Assembly: GCA_000146045.2 (NCBI GenBank)
Contig: BK006943.2
Span: 681,752 to 745,751 of the forward strand
Reading direction: 5' to 3'
Length of the DNA stretch: 64,000 nt
Source: TPA_inf: Saccharomyces
Lineage: Eukaryota
Shown: in pieces, positions 11,901 through 23,992 of the stretch
Numbering within the stretch: the stretch's first letter is position 1
How the letters are laid out: every line of letters starts with the position of its first letter
The notes under the pieces: generated by a model
Databases searched by the model: none
Seen by the model: only the letters and a program-made list of their open reading frames with translations
Told to the model about the DNA's origin: nothing
Made by a program: the position numbers and the translations under genes

Positions 11901-13945
11901 TTTAGGTTTAGTGCCGGTATATGACGGTAATTCGGATAGGCAATGTCTAAAGAAGAATCTGAATCCTTTATAGTATTTTCTAAAGACGTCAAAGTTTCAG
12001 AGAGTCTGCTATCGACTATATCACATGTATATTGCAAGAAGCAGTAATGCGTCCATTGAAAATGTACATACAGTTCTTTATCTTTTTCGTCAGCAATTTG
12101 TTCTAACAGAGTATGCCACGACCTTATTCTTTTCTCGACTTTATTTCTTTGACTTTTTAGGTCTGCTGACTTATGTCCTTGAATCCGTTTATTTGTGATT
12201 TCCTCCACAATATTCCCTAAATGGTTAACAAGAAGTTCGTAAATCGATAAAGCCAAATATTTGCATTGCCTTTTGTTTTTGTTAATAAGTGCAAAAATGT
12301 TCGATTCGATTCCAAATACAAACCATAAAACAATTTTTAGAAGCTGAGACTCCCAAAGGTAGTCTATAATGAGACGCCTTCCGTTTCCTTCATCGTAAGT
12401 TCCAAGCAATTTGAATAATAATTTCAAACGCACTTGATGGAAGTGAAGATTGCCTGCATTCACTTCGGAAATAAAAGATCTGATGTGATCCGAGTCCAAA
12501 TCATTTAAATATCTAGGAAAGCTCTCCTTATCATCAAATGCATTAGATTTCAGGAGCGCATTTAGTTGGAATAATTCCTCATTTTCGTTAGAACCACTGG
12601 ACAAGTAGTCATTTTGGTTAAAAATATCAGTATATCTACTACTCCAAGATTTCAAACATTCATAGAGATCAGTATAGGGAATAAATTTTTCGGGTTGTTT
12701 GTCACTAGAGCCAATGATAAATTTGGAAGCAAATGTGTCAAAATCGCAAAAGGGTAGAATGTGAATATATGACAACAACGTGTTGAACTCACCAAAAAAT
12801 CTTTTATGAACGTCCATAACAAGCTCTTTTGAGTTTTCTTGTTCTCTTTCTTTAAAGCGTTTACTACTTCTTTGAAGAGGCTTCGTGCTATCGATATGTT
12901 CATCAGTTCTCTTGTTAGGCCTTGCTTCTTCATTAGTTTGGATATCCGATGGAGCTAAATTCCCACTCTTATCATCTGCTCGTACACTCTCATTATCTTG
13001 CTCTTCTTCTTGTCGCTCAGACTCTCTATCTAAAGATGGTGTATTATTAATTGCTTCCGATAGTTCAAACTTAACCGCTTCAATAGGTTCTTCAATTTCG
13101 TTATACGGATCCATATTCCTTCCAATAAGAGACGATGTTTTAACGCTGGGTAGTAAGTTTTTCAAAGCCTTCGCAACTTCATCCCATGATTCTTCATTCA
13201 AAGTGACATTAAACACGTCCAGCTTTTTCATTATTTCCTCATCTTGCTTTTTCATTTCTGATATTCTAGAAAGAATTGGACCAAAAGCTAGTGGTTCCGG
13301 CTTAATATCTTTGTACTTCTCCAAATGATATCTCTCAAAGATTGTGTTATCCGATAAGTTGGGGACTAATAGTTTGTTCGTGAGTTCTACGTAGTTATTC
13401 ATCATCAGAGTCAAATCGTTCAAAAGAAATTTACGATGTCGCCCCAACAAAAGTGAAAGATTTTCCTGCTTAGTGAATTCATATTCTGATATTAAACGTT
13501 CCAACTTGACACTATTAAAGCTCTTGAAGATGCGAGCCAGCAAATCTGTAACTGCAAAATCAGCATCGCTATGTTGAATAGACTCAACCAAGTTCTCAAC
13601 TGCTTTTAAAATACAATTAACTAGTTCTTGTGAGTTCAACCTTTCATAGTTATTCTCCAAATACAGATGATAGTACATCCCTCTGTTCCTATAACATAGA
13701 TATCGCAGGTTATCTAGCGTAGGAGAAGAATTGCGATACATGCCCCACCTATCAGGCTTGACGACATCAATCTGGAAGAGCTCTTGGAATTTGCTGTCCG
13801 ACTTTTCGAAGTCCTTGTTTTTTAGATCAATCAGAGCGTCCTGCAAAATATTAAAACTCTGTTCTATTTGAAGCTCTCTTGAATGCTCCTCTGCTTCATA
13901 TTGTTCACCTTCGATGTTTGAATTGAGGGCATTGAACATAGACAT
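8999..13945 (-). CDS. HIR3: HIR complex subunit (histone regulation / nucleosome assembly), 1648 aa
   Basis: A 1648-aa ORF beginning MSMFNALNSNIEGEQYEAEEHSRELQ. Size and position match Hir3 (YJR140C). Confidence 0.9.
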   Translation of the reverse strand: MSMFNALNSNIEGEQYEAEEHSRELQIEQSFNILQDALIDLKNKDFEKSDSKFQELFQIDVVKPDRWGMYRNSSPTLDNLRYLCYRNRGMYYHLYLENNYERLNSQELVNCILKAVENLVESIQHSDADFAVTDLLARIFKSFNSVKLERLISEYEFTKQENLSLLLGRHRKFLLNDLTLMMNNYVELTNKLLVPNLSDNTIFERYHLEKYKDIKPEPLAFGPILSRISEMKKQDEEIMKKLDVFNVTLNEESWDEVAKALKNLLPSVKTSSLIGRNMDPYNEIEEPIEAVKFELSEAINNTPSLDRESERQEEEQDNESVRADDKSGNLAPSDIQTNEEARPNKRTDEHIDSTKPLQRSSKRFKEREQENSKELVMDVHKRFFGEFNTLLSYIHILPFCDFDTFASKFIIGSSDKQPEKFIPYTDLYECLKSWSSRYTDIFNQNDYLSSGSNENEELFQLNALLKSNAFDDKESFPRYLNDLDSDHIRSFISEVNAGNLHFHQVRLKLLFKLLGTYDEGNGRRLIIDYLWESQLLKIVLWFVFGIESNIFALINKNKRQCKYLALSIYELLVNHLGNIVEEITNKRIQGHKSADLKSQRNKVEKRIRSWHTLLEQIADEKDKELYVHFQWTHYCFLQYTCDIVDSRLSETLTSLENTIKDSDSSLDIAYPNYRHIPALNLNTVQSQKRKIRIIQNITVEDISEDTNSDTHSENHLETLEKVLLHILHPSTNHSNIDEEMVSFIFNSPFLLKIRLWGVLFSSYVKKSSIQDVQRIYFHVLDFMKGALTSPVYKESNPHGRHQMLLTVLTAIGYLSSQLTAILNSNRWESSDFVLEDYMFEKLLQTFFFFYTVLFYESSAVNDVSNKSFFKRASKSSGKMKDIMIDLATLILYYYDLQAKLRTPAEQGIETTELIWSLHTLFGHFHFCDASNGKFLDLAEKLLCQFINNDSFLQLKQILWCRYHYAIASDNFSPDLHDTKAVEMEKIHSLPLGTYLIKLQYQNKNPYLSSSKTTLKQIMDNIIEKIGDPSTLDNHIISRNSFLLNEYLSRPITADLLKHTFSGATSLYLTSPNDELQQGMTAGLFYVSSLQSLGLYKMRKKSMQARPSELDSIIRMLKNDIIYNTNRFESWILLGKCYSYIVEDDLIWTSDKITVPEKKDVIALTQRKAILCYLMAISIYYSKLDRTIDDKKIILEALDDLGSMLISGYYNPMNKLCFSWKSSAENTMRLSETGEVVMEKTKKITTISDFNIEQSIFLCFNRACSLSGDIKSQDDVFVLNWSSFYNLAKFFFKTDGGNNCKLVAKYITQGCQIAYESSPAKDPIIEPHYLLVNACYKWVKRGVIGVNEALTLLSKDNQFFQEQEEFWVNDEGLAWDYQEKFFFDKIIRLLRHLLSVDKKKWQHRPRYRIARILFDDLGDVNGALEEMDSLISAKSINKNLVNIWKPDFERPGKHFIYTYQYLVLYLDLLFAIKDFNTTGLVIKKLRRFGSGTVNVNELLERAINVYTQSAKIKLQLQDKSYVEQILPTLNYQEFLKISEQLNQVFDQGKYPEEISSGLKLAFQLKKGHSGIAFDSVCLGIYFEYLYFPLARQDQSLTDVNDENNPALPSSGSVTSKSTPDPTSKPSAIKKRVTKKEVFDRVRLLVDKIT

Positions 13946-14154
13946 AATAAGCTTTATCTAGAATCTGTGTTGAGGTTCTAACTCCTTAAAGTGCCTTTAC
14001 GGACCTGCCTTGCTACCGTCTATTTGTATTTCTGCTCTTCCCAACGTAAACAATTCAATAAATAATTTCGCGATGGCACATAGTAACAAGCTGTTAAATC
14101 GAAGTAAAGAAAAGGAAAGTCAAGAAAACAAAGAGAGAAACAAATGCAAGGGTG

Positions 14155-15198
14155 ATGGTTCAATATGTGGTAGAATGGTTACCAAGGATACAGAGCATTT
14201 CAGTGGTAGTAGAAGGTTGGAAGCAGGTGGAGATAAAGAACTTGAAGGACACACTCATGAGCATATCTGGTGATGAAGAACAAGTTGAAGATATTTTACT
14301 TCCAGTAGAAGTTGAAGAAAAAGTAGACGCTTCTTACAAGTTCAAAAACAGAGGTAAAGACTTAGAATGGATGACGAAGTTAAGAAGCAAATCCTCTAAG
14401 ATATATGACAGTTCTATCATGTCGCTTCCAGATGGAAGATGGACTAAAGAAGAGCTTCGCTCAGATTCTGATTTCTCGATAGAATGTCTTAACTGTAAGC
14501 AAAAAATTATAAGCAAAGATAACTGTCAAGTTTTGAATGATATGCCTTCAGAGTTTTGGTTCGAGTTAATGGATTATTGGCATTGCCACAAACCCGATGT
14601 TAAGGAAGACAAGTCTTCCTACACAAGATTTGAAACGCTAAAACCATCTAAAAACGAAATTTTAATTGGAAGCTCTTATTTTCAAGGCACTCCTGCGACT
14701 TTTGAAAATGTAGCGACTACAAAGGAAAATGATAATGTTTTATGCATAAAGTGCTCAGCAGTGTTAGGCCAAGTAACTGCTGGTTCGCTTTATAAACTAC
14801 ACAAATGGAAACTGCAGTTAATACGCAGTGGAAACACATACAAATTTCCTCCAGAATGTGACATTACAATTTCTTTAATAAACGTAGTTAAGGCAAACTC
14901 TTGTCGTTACGTACTAGTAAAATGTAAAACGGAATCATTGCTAGTTTGGATATTTTCCGTTGACATTGGAGTCACATTGACGGGAAACAAAAGCTTCAAG
15001 AGAGCGATGAAGTTGCTTTACACAAACAGCGTTACCACAATAAATCGATGTCTCAATCGACAAGTCGTCGAGGAATTAGATTTCCAAGAAACATCGTTTA
15101 ATGCTTTTTACAGCGCCCTTCAACATACTAATGCACTTTTACCCTCAAGCATGAAAAAAATTGGTGAATGGACCATTAGCTATACATCACTAATCTAA
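14155..15198 (+). CDS. IPA1: Ipa1 (YJR141W), essential mRNA 3'-processing / ubiquitin-ligase-like protein; 347 aa from the first ATG
   Basis: The ORF-track start at 14152 is a GTG, and the first in-frame ATG is at 14155 (MVQYVVEW...). A 347-aa product fits my recollection of YJR141W. A Cys/His-rich segment (CLNCKQK...HCHKPD...CIKCSAV) is present. The start-codon assignment is uncertain. Confidence 0.65.
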   Translation: MVQYVVEWLPRIQSISVVVEGWKQVEIKNLKDTLMSISGDEEQVEDILLPVEVEEKVDASYKFKNRGKDLEWMTKLRSKSSKIYDSSIMSLPDGRWTKEELRSDSDFSIECLNCKQKIISKDNCQVLNDMPSEFWFELMDYWHCHKPDVKEDKSSYTRFETLKPSKNEILIGSSYFQGTPATFENVATTKENDNVLCIKCSAVLGQVTAGSLYKLHKWKLQLIRSGNTYKFPPECDITISLINVVKANSCRYVLVKCKTESLLVWIFSVDIGVTLTGNKSFKRAMKLLYTNSVTTINRCLNRQVVEELDFQETSFNAFYSALQHTNALLPSSMKKIGEWTISYTSLI

Positions 15199-15389
15199 TT
15201 TTAAGAACCATTCTCTTTCAAATTTGTACAAATATTGTCATCAAGTAATAAATAGCTTCTTTTTTTTTTTAACATACAGTTGTAGAATTAACTTCGTTGG
15301 CCGAAGAATTGCACAACAATAGCGTTTGTTATATTACTAAATATAGGGGCTTTCTTGGGAACGAAAGTGAAACAAACGCTTTTAATACA

Positions 15390-16418
15390 ATGAAGGTCGA
15401 GAAATCATCTAAAGGCTTGGAAGTTTTAGTGAGGACACAGGAGGATGATCTAGAGGGGTTCTCTTTCCTGGAGATTATGGACCGCGTAGACCCTTTACCA
15501 TTAGACTTCGAGAATTACAAAAATTTCAAAGAGGGCATTTACTATATGTGTACACACGATGGCACAAAGATCGGTTTCGTGTTGAAATTTGCGATAAATG
15601 AAATGGAGACTGTTTGCTCGGAAATCTTCGAAGAAACCTTCCAATTAGATGAATCTAGACATGAGTTAAGGTTTAAAAGTGAAGATTTTGATCATAGAAA
15701 CAATCTAATTGACCAATTGGCTCGTAAAATGTATTTAGAATCATCCTTGAGTGGTGTGAAGGGCTGGAGAAACGAGAAATATGCCGTTTGGGTTAATAAA
15801 AAACCCTATGTACTGGTTGAGCGTGCAGTAGCAGGTGTTCTTGGTATAATTACCTACGGGATTCATATTAATGGTTATGTGCTAGATCCAAAGTCAAAAA
15901 AAGTTCAGTTTTGGGTTCCAAGAAGATCTAAAACGAAACAAACATGGCCGCTAATGCTTGACAACATTATCGCCGGGGGATTAGGTTATCCTTATGGTAT
16001 CTATGAAACAGTTTTGAAAGAAAGCATGGAGGAAGCCAATCTAGAAAAGAGTGTTATTGAGGATAACATTAAAGCAACTGGTTCAGTTTCCTACCTTTAC
16101 TTTACGGGTGATATTTCTGTAACGAAGTTCAATAAGGAATCAGATTTTATCGTAGGGGAAGTACAATATGTATACGATCTAAAACTCAGCGAAGACATCA
16201 TTCCAAAACCAAACGATGGTGAAGTCGAGAGTTTCAATTTATTCAGCCTGCAAGAGACGATTAATGCTTTAAGAAAAAAAGAGTTCAAACCAAATTGTGC
16301 ATTGGTAATGGTAGATTTCTTGATTAGACATGGCTACATCACTCCAGAAAATGAGCCCAATTATCTTGAACTAGTAACTAGAATGCACAGAAGGTTACCA
16401 TTCCCCACCTTGAATTAA
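15390..16418 (+). CDS. YJR142W-like putative Nudix-family hydrolase, 342 aa
   Basis: The ORF-track start at 15297 is a TTG, and the first ATG is at 15390 (MKVEKSSKGLEVLVRTQEDD...). Length and position fit YJR142W. I did not verify a strict Nudix box. Confidence 0.7.
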   Translation: MKVEKSSKGLEVLVRTQEDDLEGFSFLEIMDRVDPLPLDFENYKNFKEGIYYMCTHDGTKIGFVLKFAINEMETVCSEIFEETFQLDESRHELRFKSEDFDHRNNLIDQLARKMYLESSLSGVKGWRNEKYAVWVNKKPYVLVERAVAGVLGIITYGIHINGYVLDPKSKKVQFWVPRRSKTKQTWPLMLDNIIAGGLGYPYGIYETVLKESMEEANLEKSVIEDNIKATGSVSYLYFTGDISVTKFNKESDFIVGEVQYVYDLKLSEDIIPKPNDGEVESFNLFSLQETINALRKKEFKPNCALVMVDFLIRHGYITPENEPNYLELVTRMHRRLPFPTLN

Positions 16419-16574
16419 CATTCAAGAGGTTACCGGTTGATATCTAAACAAATATAAAGAATTTTTTTCATATATACACATCTAGGTACATACTATCTAA
16501 GATCAAAAGTACTCTATTTTGTCACTAAACGGAGGAAGGCGTTCAGTTCGTTTGTGGTTAGTGAACAGAAAAAG

Positions 16575-18863
16575 TTACTTGGAGAAATTTAATTCTATGT
16601 CAAACCACTCTCTAGAAACAACTTCCGATGGTGACAAGCTGACATCTCCATACACTAGTGGTGAAAAGTATACAAAAAACCACGCAACAGCACAGGAGAC
16701 ACACACCAAGAAGACGGTATAGGGTTTAACGTAGACCTTAGGGTTCCGTTCATATGATGCACCTGAAATATCCTCGTCTTTCTCCAAATCCAATGATTTG
16801 CAATCACTGAAAATTACTTCCCATAGTGCTCCTGAGAATAAGCACGCGATTAAATGAGCTGGTAAGTAATGATGCAAAAACTTTTGACGCGCCATTAAAA
16901 AGAATGGAAAATAATGACAGCACCAGGAGACGAAGAAAAACATCAATGGGCCATACAGCTTTTCTCTGGTCATCTTGTTTAGGGCATAATAGCCACGATG
17001 TCTAGTAATTAAATCGGCCACGATAATGCCAACAAAAACAGCCAATGATATGACTTGGAACCACCACCCAATGATGTTACCAATGAAATATATTTGCTTC
17101 TTTTCGTCACCGTTGGTCCAGAACGAAACACCACTTAAACTACCGGGCCAACTGTAAGGTTCAGAGGCAAATGGATGCTCTGATGATAGTTTATTGTTAT
17201 GTTCGAACATAGATTTTTGAGTTTCAATCCATTTCTTCAAGAATGGTAATGGCTTAACAACCTTCGGAATATATACCTTCCGAACCTCGTCCAGGTTAAC
17301 AATTTCATCAACAACCCAGTTATTTGAAGGATCAATAACTTTTTTGTTACCATTAATTTCTTGTTGTTGGAACCCCCAATCCGGTAACAACTCGTCGTTG
17401 TGAGTCCACAAAGCTACGGAGGTATCAACGTGGAAAAGACGGAAAGAAACCGTTTTACTCTTTAAAACGTGACCTTCATCTGATTTTTTCAGTGGTTGGA
17501 ATGCAAAAAGTGTTTCAGGATATAATTCCCCATCACCTTCTTCTAAAGTTACTGTAGTGATTTCTTCATTGGTAGGGTAAAATGGGGAGGCGACATCATG
17601 GGCTAACAAGTAGGTATCGGTGGCTACATGTCTCAATCTTATATGCTGGTTCAATAGAACAGCTTGTCCTTTACCGACATCACTGCCATGGGGTGGTAAC
17701 ACTTCCCATTGATTGTTGAAGTCAGGATGCGTGTAACCAGTAACTTGTTGACCAGCGGATGAGATACGACCATCTTCATACCGTTGTGGGTAACGTGCCA
17801 AGTGAGAATGTAAGAATGCGTCAGTATCTTGATGTTTGATAGTGATAATATCAAAATAATTGACGGTTTTAGAGTCAACACTTAAGGGAGAGTCCTTAAG
17901 TGTTTCTTGAAATTCAGCAGACATAAATGCGTCGCCAGGACCTGAAGTATTCAAAACGGTGAAATGAACCCAGAACCAAAACAAGTAAATCACAAATGGA
18001 ATCAAAACTAAACCATTCAGCCTTTTACTAAAATGTCTCATGAACTGCCTCAAGGACAAACCCGCCTTGATGTCCAGTAATTGCCATAAGTTGACCACAG
18101 CAGCAAAACCAATAGCGGAATATGTCATAACACCAACATATTTTGTGGAAATCACGAAGGATAAAGACAAACCAGTAGCGTGTAACCAAATATACCAACT
18201 CCATGTAAAAGGTTGACGCAATTGGCACTTGTAGAAACGAACGTAACAATACATAGTAGCAGCAATAGAAATAATCAAGATGGCATCCAGTAAAATCAGC
18301 CTAGTTTCTGTAACATGCGCAGTATCGATTGCAACCAAGAGAGATGCAAACGCACATGTAATAGCCCTGAAATTCAGTTCCTTCAAAGTGTTGAACATAA
18401 TTGGTACAGTCAATGTGCCCAATATCGCGTTGAAAGAACGGTACGCGATATATGGAGCTGGATGAGTTTCATAAGAATACCCAATCTCATCAAACTTAAA
18501 GGAACCATCATAGCCACATAACCAACCAATGAAGGCAATCATCATCTTAGCAAAAGGGGGATGAACGTCAAAGAAATAAGACCTTTCTAAGTAATACGAT
18601 GCAAATTTCCCGAAATGTACCTCATCAAAAACAACTTCTTTTGGATACCAGATCTTATAAAATCTAGCAGCAAACGCTAATAAGGTAACAATTGTTACCC
18701 AAAAGCTATAACGTGATTCCGGTTCCGGTAGTGGCTGCAAGAGCCAATGTTCAGCAACTTGTTCACATTTAGGCGCGGCCTTCGTGTACTTCAACGAAGG
18801 ATCGTCTACGTCCTTAGTGGAAGGTGGTAACTTCCCATGGTTACGTTTTTTGGGCACAGACAT
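16575..18863 (-). CDS. PMT4: protein O-mannosyltransferase 4, 762 aa, multi-pass membrane protein
   Basis: MSVPKKRNHGKLPPSTKDVDDPSLKYTKAAP, followed by the PMT-family hydrophobic core and MIR-like middle region. 762 aa matches Pmt4 (YJR143C). Confidence 0.95.
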   Translation of the reverse strand: MSVPKKRNHGKLPPSTKDVDDPSLKYTKAAPKCEQVAEHWLLQPLPEPESRYSFWVTIVTLLAFAARFYKIWYPKEVVFDEVHFGKFASYYLERSYFFDVHPPFAKMMIAFIGWLCGYDGSFKFDEIGYSYETHPAPYIAYRSFNAILGTLTVPIMFNTLKELNFRAITCAFASLLVAIDTAHVTETRLILLDAILIISIAATMYCYVRFYKCQLRQPFTWSWYIWLHATGLSLSFVISTKYVGVMTYSAIGFAAVVNLWQLLDIKAGLSLRQFMRHFSKRLNGLVLIPFVIYLFWFWVHFTVLNTSGPGDAFMSAEFQETLKDSPLSVDSKTVNYFDIITIKHQDTDAFLHSHLARYPQRYEDGRISSAGQQVTGYTHPDFNNQWEVLPPHGSDVGKGQAVLLNQHIRLRHVATDTYLLAHDVASPFYPTNEEITTVTLEEGDGELYPETLFAFQPLKKSDEGHVLKSKTVSFRLFHVDTSVALWTHNDELLPDWGFQQQEINGNKKVIDPSNNWVVDEIVNLDEVRKVYIPKVVKPLPFLKKWIETQKSMFEHNNKLSSEHPFASEPYSWPGSLSGVSFWTNGDEKKQIYFIGNIIGWWFQVISLAVFVGIIVADLITRHRGYYALNKMTREKLYGPLMFFFVSWCCHYFPFFLMARQKFLHHYLPAHLIACLFSGALWEVIFSDCKSLDLEKDEDISGASYERNPKVYVKPYTVFLVCVSCAVAWFFVYFSPLVYGDVSLSPSEVVSREWFDIELNFSK

Positions 18864-19115
18864 CTGTACTTCTGTGGACTGTCAGAAAATATCTTGGTAA
18901 AATATGTATCGACAAACTTCTTAGTACAGTTAATATAGAAGTAAGGATTCGAGTGAGTAGTTTTGATAAAGCGCGTTTCATTATGCATATTTTTCATTTT
19001 TTATTTTTTTTGTCAAGAAATACACGAATAACATCACGAAATTTATCGACAGAATAATGGAAGAAACTATTTAAAAAGACGGTAGAGACTAAAAAAGGAA
19101 AGAAAGGACAAGTAG

Positions 19116-19940
<825 letters not shown>

Positions 19941-19994
19941 TCAATATGCGAACCATATAAGCTAATTTTAGTAAGTATATATATTCCAATACAA

Positions 19995-19995
<1 letters not shown>

Positions 19996-20029
<34 letters not shown>
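19996..20029. repeat. (CA)17 dinucleotide microsatellite
   Basis: A perfect run of cacaca... read directly from the sequence, lying between the convergent 3' ends of MGM101 and RPS4A. Confidence 0.95.
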
Positions 20030-20032
<3 letters not shown>

Positions 20033-20275
20033 GCATATATTGTGGTAGTGCGTAGTGTCAGTACGTCTTATCATACGCCTTCTATTTCAGGGTTAGCGTA
20101 TTTTTACTATCAATATTACAATACGGATATATATACACACACCTAATATATATATTATACGTTATATTACTGCCAGTCGAAAAAGGAAGATACGATGTAT
20201 TATTTTAAAATTCAATTTCTAATAAACATTAATGGAGATATACAAAAGAAGAAAATAATTAAGTTGTTATGAAAT

Positions 20276-21047
20276 TTATAAACCTTGTTGAGCTCTTCTT
20301 CTGTCACGTTCTTCAGCAATAGACAACTTGATACCCTTACCCTTTGGCAAAGAAATGTAAGGCTTACCTTGTTCACCGATGACGAAGACATTGTTCAATC
20401 TAGTGACGAAAGTGTTGTCCAAGGAGTCCTTGATGTGAACTAAATCGAAACCACCATCGTGTCTTTCCTTGTGAACGATAGTACCGATACGACCCAAGTT
20501 ACGACCACCAGTAACGTAAACCAACTTACCGGCATCGAACTTGATGAAATCAGTAATCTTACCAGAGGCCAAGTCGATCTTAACAGTGTCATTGACCTTG
20601 ATGTTTGGGTCTGGGTATCTGATAGTTCTACCATCGTGGGTAACAACGTATGGAACACCCTTCTTACCTAATTGAACCTTCTTGACCTTACCCAACTTGT
20701 AAGAAGCTTCTTCATCGGTGATACGGTGGACAGCGAATCTACCCTTGACATCGTAGACCAATCTGAAGTTTTCATTGGTGGCATCTAGAGTGATGACATC
20801 CATGAAACCAGCTGGGTAGGTAGTGTCGGTTCTAACCTTACCGTCCACTTTAACGTGACGTTGCATCAAGATAGCCTTGACTTCACGGCCGTTCAAAGCA
20901 TACTTTAATCTGTTTCTTAGAAAGACAATCAATGGCAAGGATTCACGCAATTTGTGTGGACCAGCAGATGGTCTTGGGGCGTAACAACCGGACAACTTGT
21001 CCAATAACCAGTGGTGTGGAGCTGCTAATCTTTTTAGATGCTTCTTT
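20276..21047 (-). CDS. RPS4A: ribosomal protein S4 (eS4), exon 2, including the stop codon
   Basis: Translation from the 3' splice site reads [35 protein letters not shown]... through to ...RRAQQGL*. The ORF-track entry is extended upstream into the intron by an artefactual start. Confidence 0.9.
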
Positions 21048-21303
21048 CTGTACGGAAAAAAATGAGAAAAAAGGGCAAAAATGAATGTATAATGAAGATA
21101 CAGACATTTTATTTTTTTCATTGTGCTCGTTAGTAAATCATTACTCGTAAAATATTTGTACAATCCCAGGATGATCTAAAATTAAATGGACATAAACTGG
21201 TTCATTGTTGTTCCTATTCGTTTGGTTAAGACTCCACTTGTTTCTTGTCTATCATTCTTCTCATCCTTGCGTAATTATAATCAAAGTCTATAGTCAAACA
21301 TAC
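21048..21303 (-). other. RPS4A: RPS4A spliceosomal intron, 256 nt
   Basis: On the minus strand the intron has a GTATGT 5' splice site directly after ATGGCTAGAGGACC and a TACTAAC branch point (plus-strand gttagta at 21129-21135). The tACAG 3' splice site is 21048-21052. Joining the exons gives M-A-R-G-P-K-K-H-L-K-R. Confidence 0.85.
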
Positions 21304-21317
21304 GGTCCTCTAGCCAT
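21304..21317 (-). CDS. RPS4A: RPS4A exon 1 (ATG GCT AGA GGA CC)
   Basis: A 14-nt first exon ending at the GTATGT donor. Spliced with exon 2 it gives the canonical eS4 N-terminus MARGPKKHLKRL. Confidence 0.85.
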
Positions 21318-21698
21318 CTTTGCGTATTGATTCTTTGGTTTGTTTTGGGCAGAAAAATCGCTATATAAGAAAGTATTTCAACACTAGATTAAATTATAGT
21401 ATAATTTTTAATATACTAGTATTGCCGACAATCTCTGAAATTTCAATACTACCACACAGAACAGGACTTGCCAGGGCCAGTCCGAGCCAGCCTAACTCCA
21501 AGACCACGTACTAAGTGAATTGCTACTCCCCCTTACCACGACTACAAAGAGCTACACGGCCTCCCGGCCTAGGCCGCTGCTACTTTCAACTGATGTCACC
21601 GAAAAAAATAACGGAAAACGACAGTTCAAGAAAAAAAGAACGCAGGAAGAAAAAGGAAGCAAAATTACAGAATGTACGGCTGTTTAAAAATAAATAGT

Positions 21699-21712
21699 GG
21701 ATGCATGGGTGC
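21699..21712 (-). promoter_or_regulatory. possible Rap1 site in the RPS4A promoter
   Basis: The minus strand reads gcACCCATGCATCC, which partly matches ACACCCATACATTT, about 385 bp upstream of the RPS4A ATG. Ribosomal-protein promoters usually carry Rap1 sites. Low confidence. Confidence 0.3.
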
Positions 21713-22429
21713 TTCCACGCGTCTCTGGGAAAAAAAACCAGGATATTTTAATGTTTGTTTATTTGTTTATTTCCTGCTGAACTGAATATTGAAAACATCG
21801 AAAAAATGCAGTACCCAGCTCTCCATTAGGACTTTTTACGTAATGACGAAAATGGACAAGCTGCGCAGGAAAGGACTACGAAAAGTATGCTGCCATAATG
21901 ACAAGATAAGGCGCAACACACGTAATCATGACTAATGGTTGCACAGACGGTAGGCCAGGAGAAGGATTAGATCTCGTGCCGAACGACAGCAAGCTAGCTA
22001 GACTATGTTATCTGAGTGTAAACGAAAGCGCAGCAGTCTCTGCAAGAGCACGTGCGACGTGTCTGGTGTGCAAAAACCCTCTAGAGAAACATTGCTAAGG
22101 TTTACCGATGCAGGAAATCTTTAGTTCTAAAAGATGAAAGTCGGAAAAGCCAAAAAGAAACCGGAAATCTTCTCTGCGCATTGTTCTGTGGCCACGGCCT
22201 TCCTGGACCCGTCCTTCTTTTACCCGAACTTTGTCGCCCAAAAGGCATCTCATTATAATGACAAAACTGGATCTGCAAATATTTGGACATATATCTCCAG
22301 AACGGGCTCACTTCTCCTCTTCACCCAGGTGGTATATAGGAAGAGTAAGTGGACGCATCAGTCCGCGACATTTGCGGACTGTATATATTGCCAGTCAGGG
22401 CAGTCGCCAAGTGTGTCTCTTTCGTGTAG

Positions 22430-23521
<1,092 letters not shown>

Positions 23522-23992
23522 AAACCTGCCTCTGAGGGTCATTCACGACCTAGCATACCACTATATACGTGTACGATTTTTTTTTTCTGTGACCGCACTA
23601 CACCAAAGTTTAATGTTCCATTGGCCCCGGAACCATTCTTGCAAACGGCGTTCTTTTTCCGCTTTCGGGTGACACTTAATTTAGCTTCTTTTCCCTCTCT
23701 GACACCTCTTGTTATCTAATCTGTAGATCCGACTCTTTTTCTTTTTGGTGTCGTTCTTCTATGTCCGTTTTTCTGTCAACAAAAACGGAAATAATAGGTA
23801 GAAATTAAGAGCCGTACGTGAGTGAGAGGAGATCCGAAATGAGCTGACAGTATAACTAATATAAGCTTACAAGATATTCGACTATTTCCTGGGAAAAAAT
23901 TCATTCCTTTGAGAAATCCTTAATAAAAACAGACTAACTACTAAAATTTTAGAAATTTAAGGGAAAGCATCTCCACGAGTTTTAAGAACGAT

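Noticed and set aside
12885-13328. 147-aa plus-strand ORF antisense to HIR3, plus other ORFs of 60-130 aa antisense to IML1, PMT4, BAT2, DAN1, MPH3 and COS5
   Set aside because: They are embedded opposite long, well-supported genes and are low complexity. These are typical chance antisense ORFs.
14152-15389. ORF-track starts at non-ATG codons (GTG 14152 for IPA1, TTG 15297 for YJR142W, TTG 54284 for SOR1, GTG 45378 for the AAD N-fragment)
   Set aside because: Nuclear yeast genes start at ATG, so I trimmed each to the first in-frame ATG.
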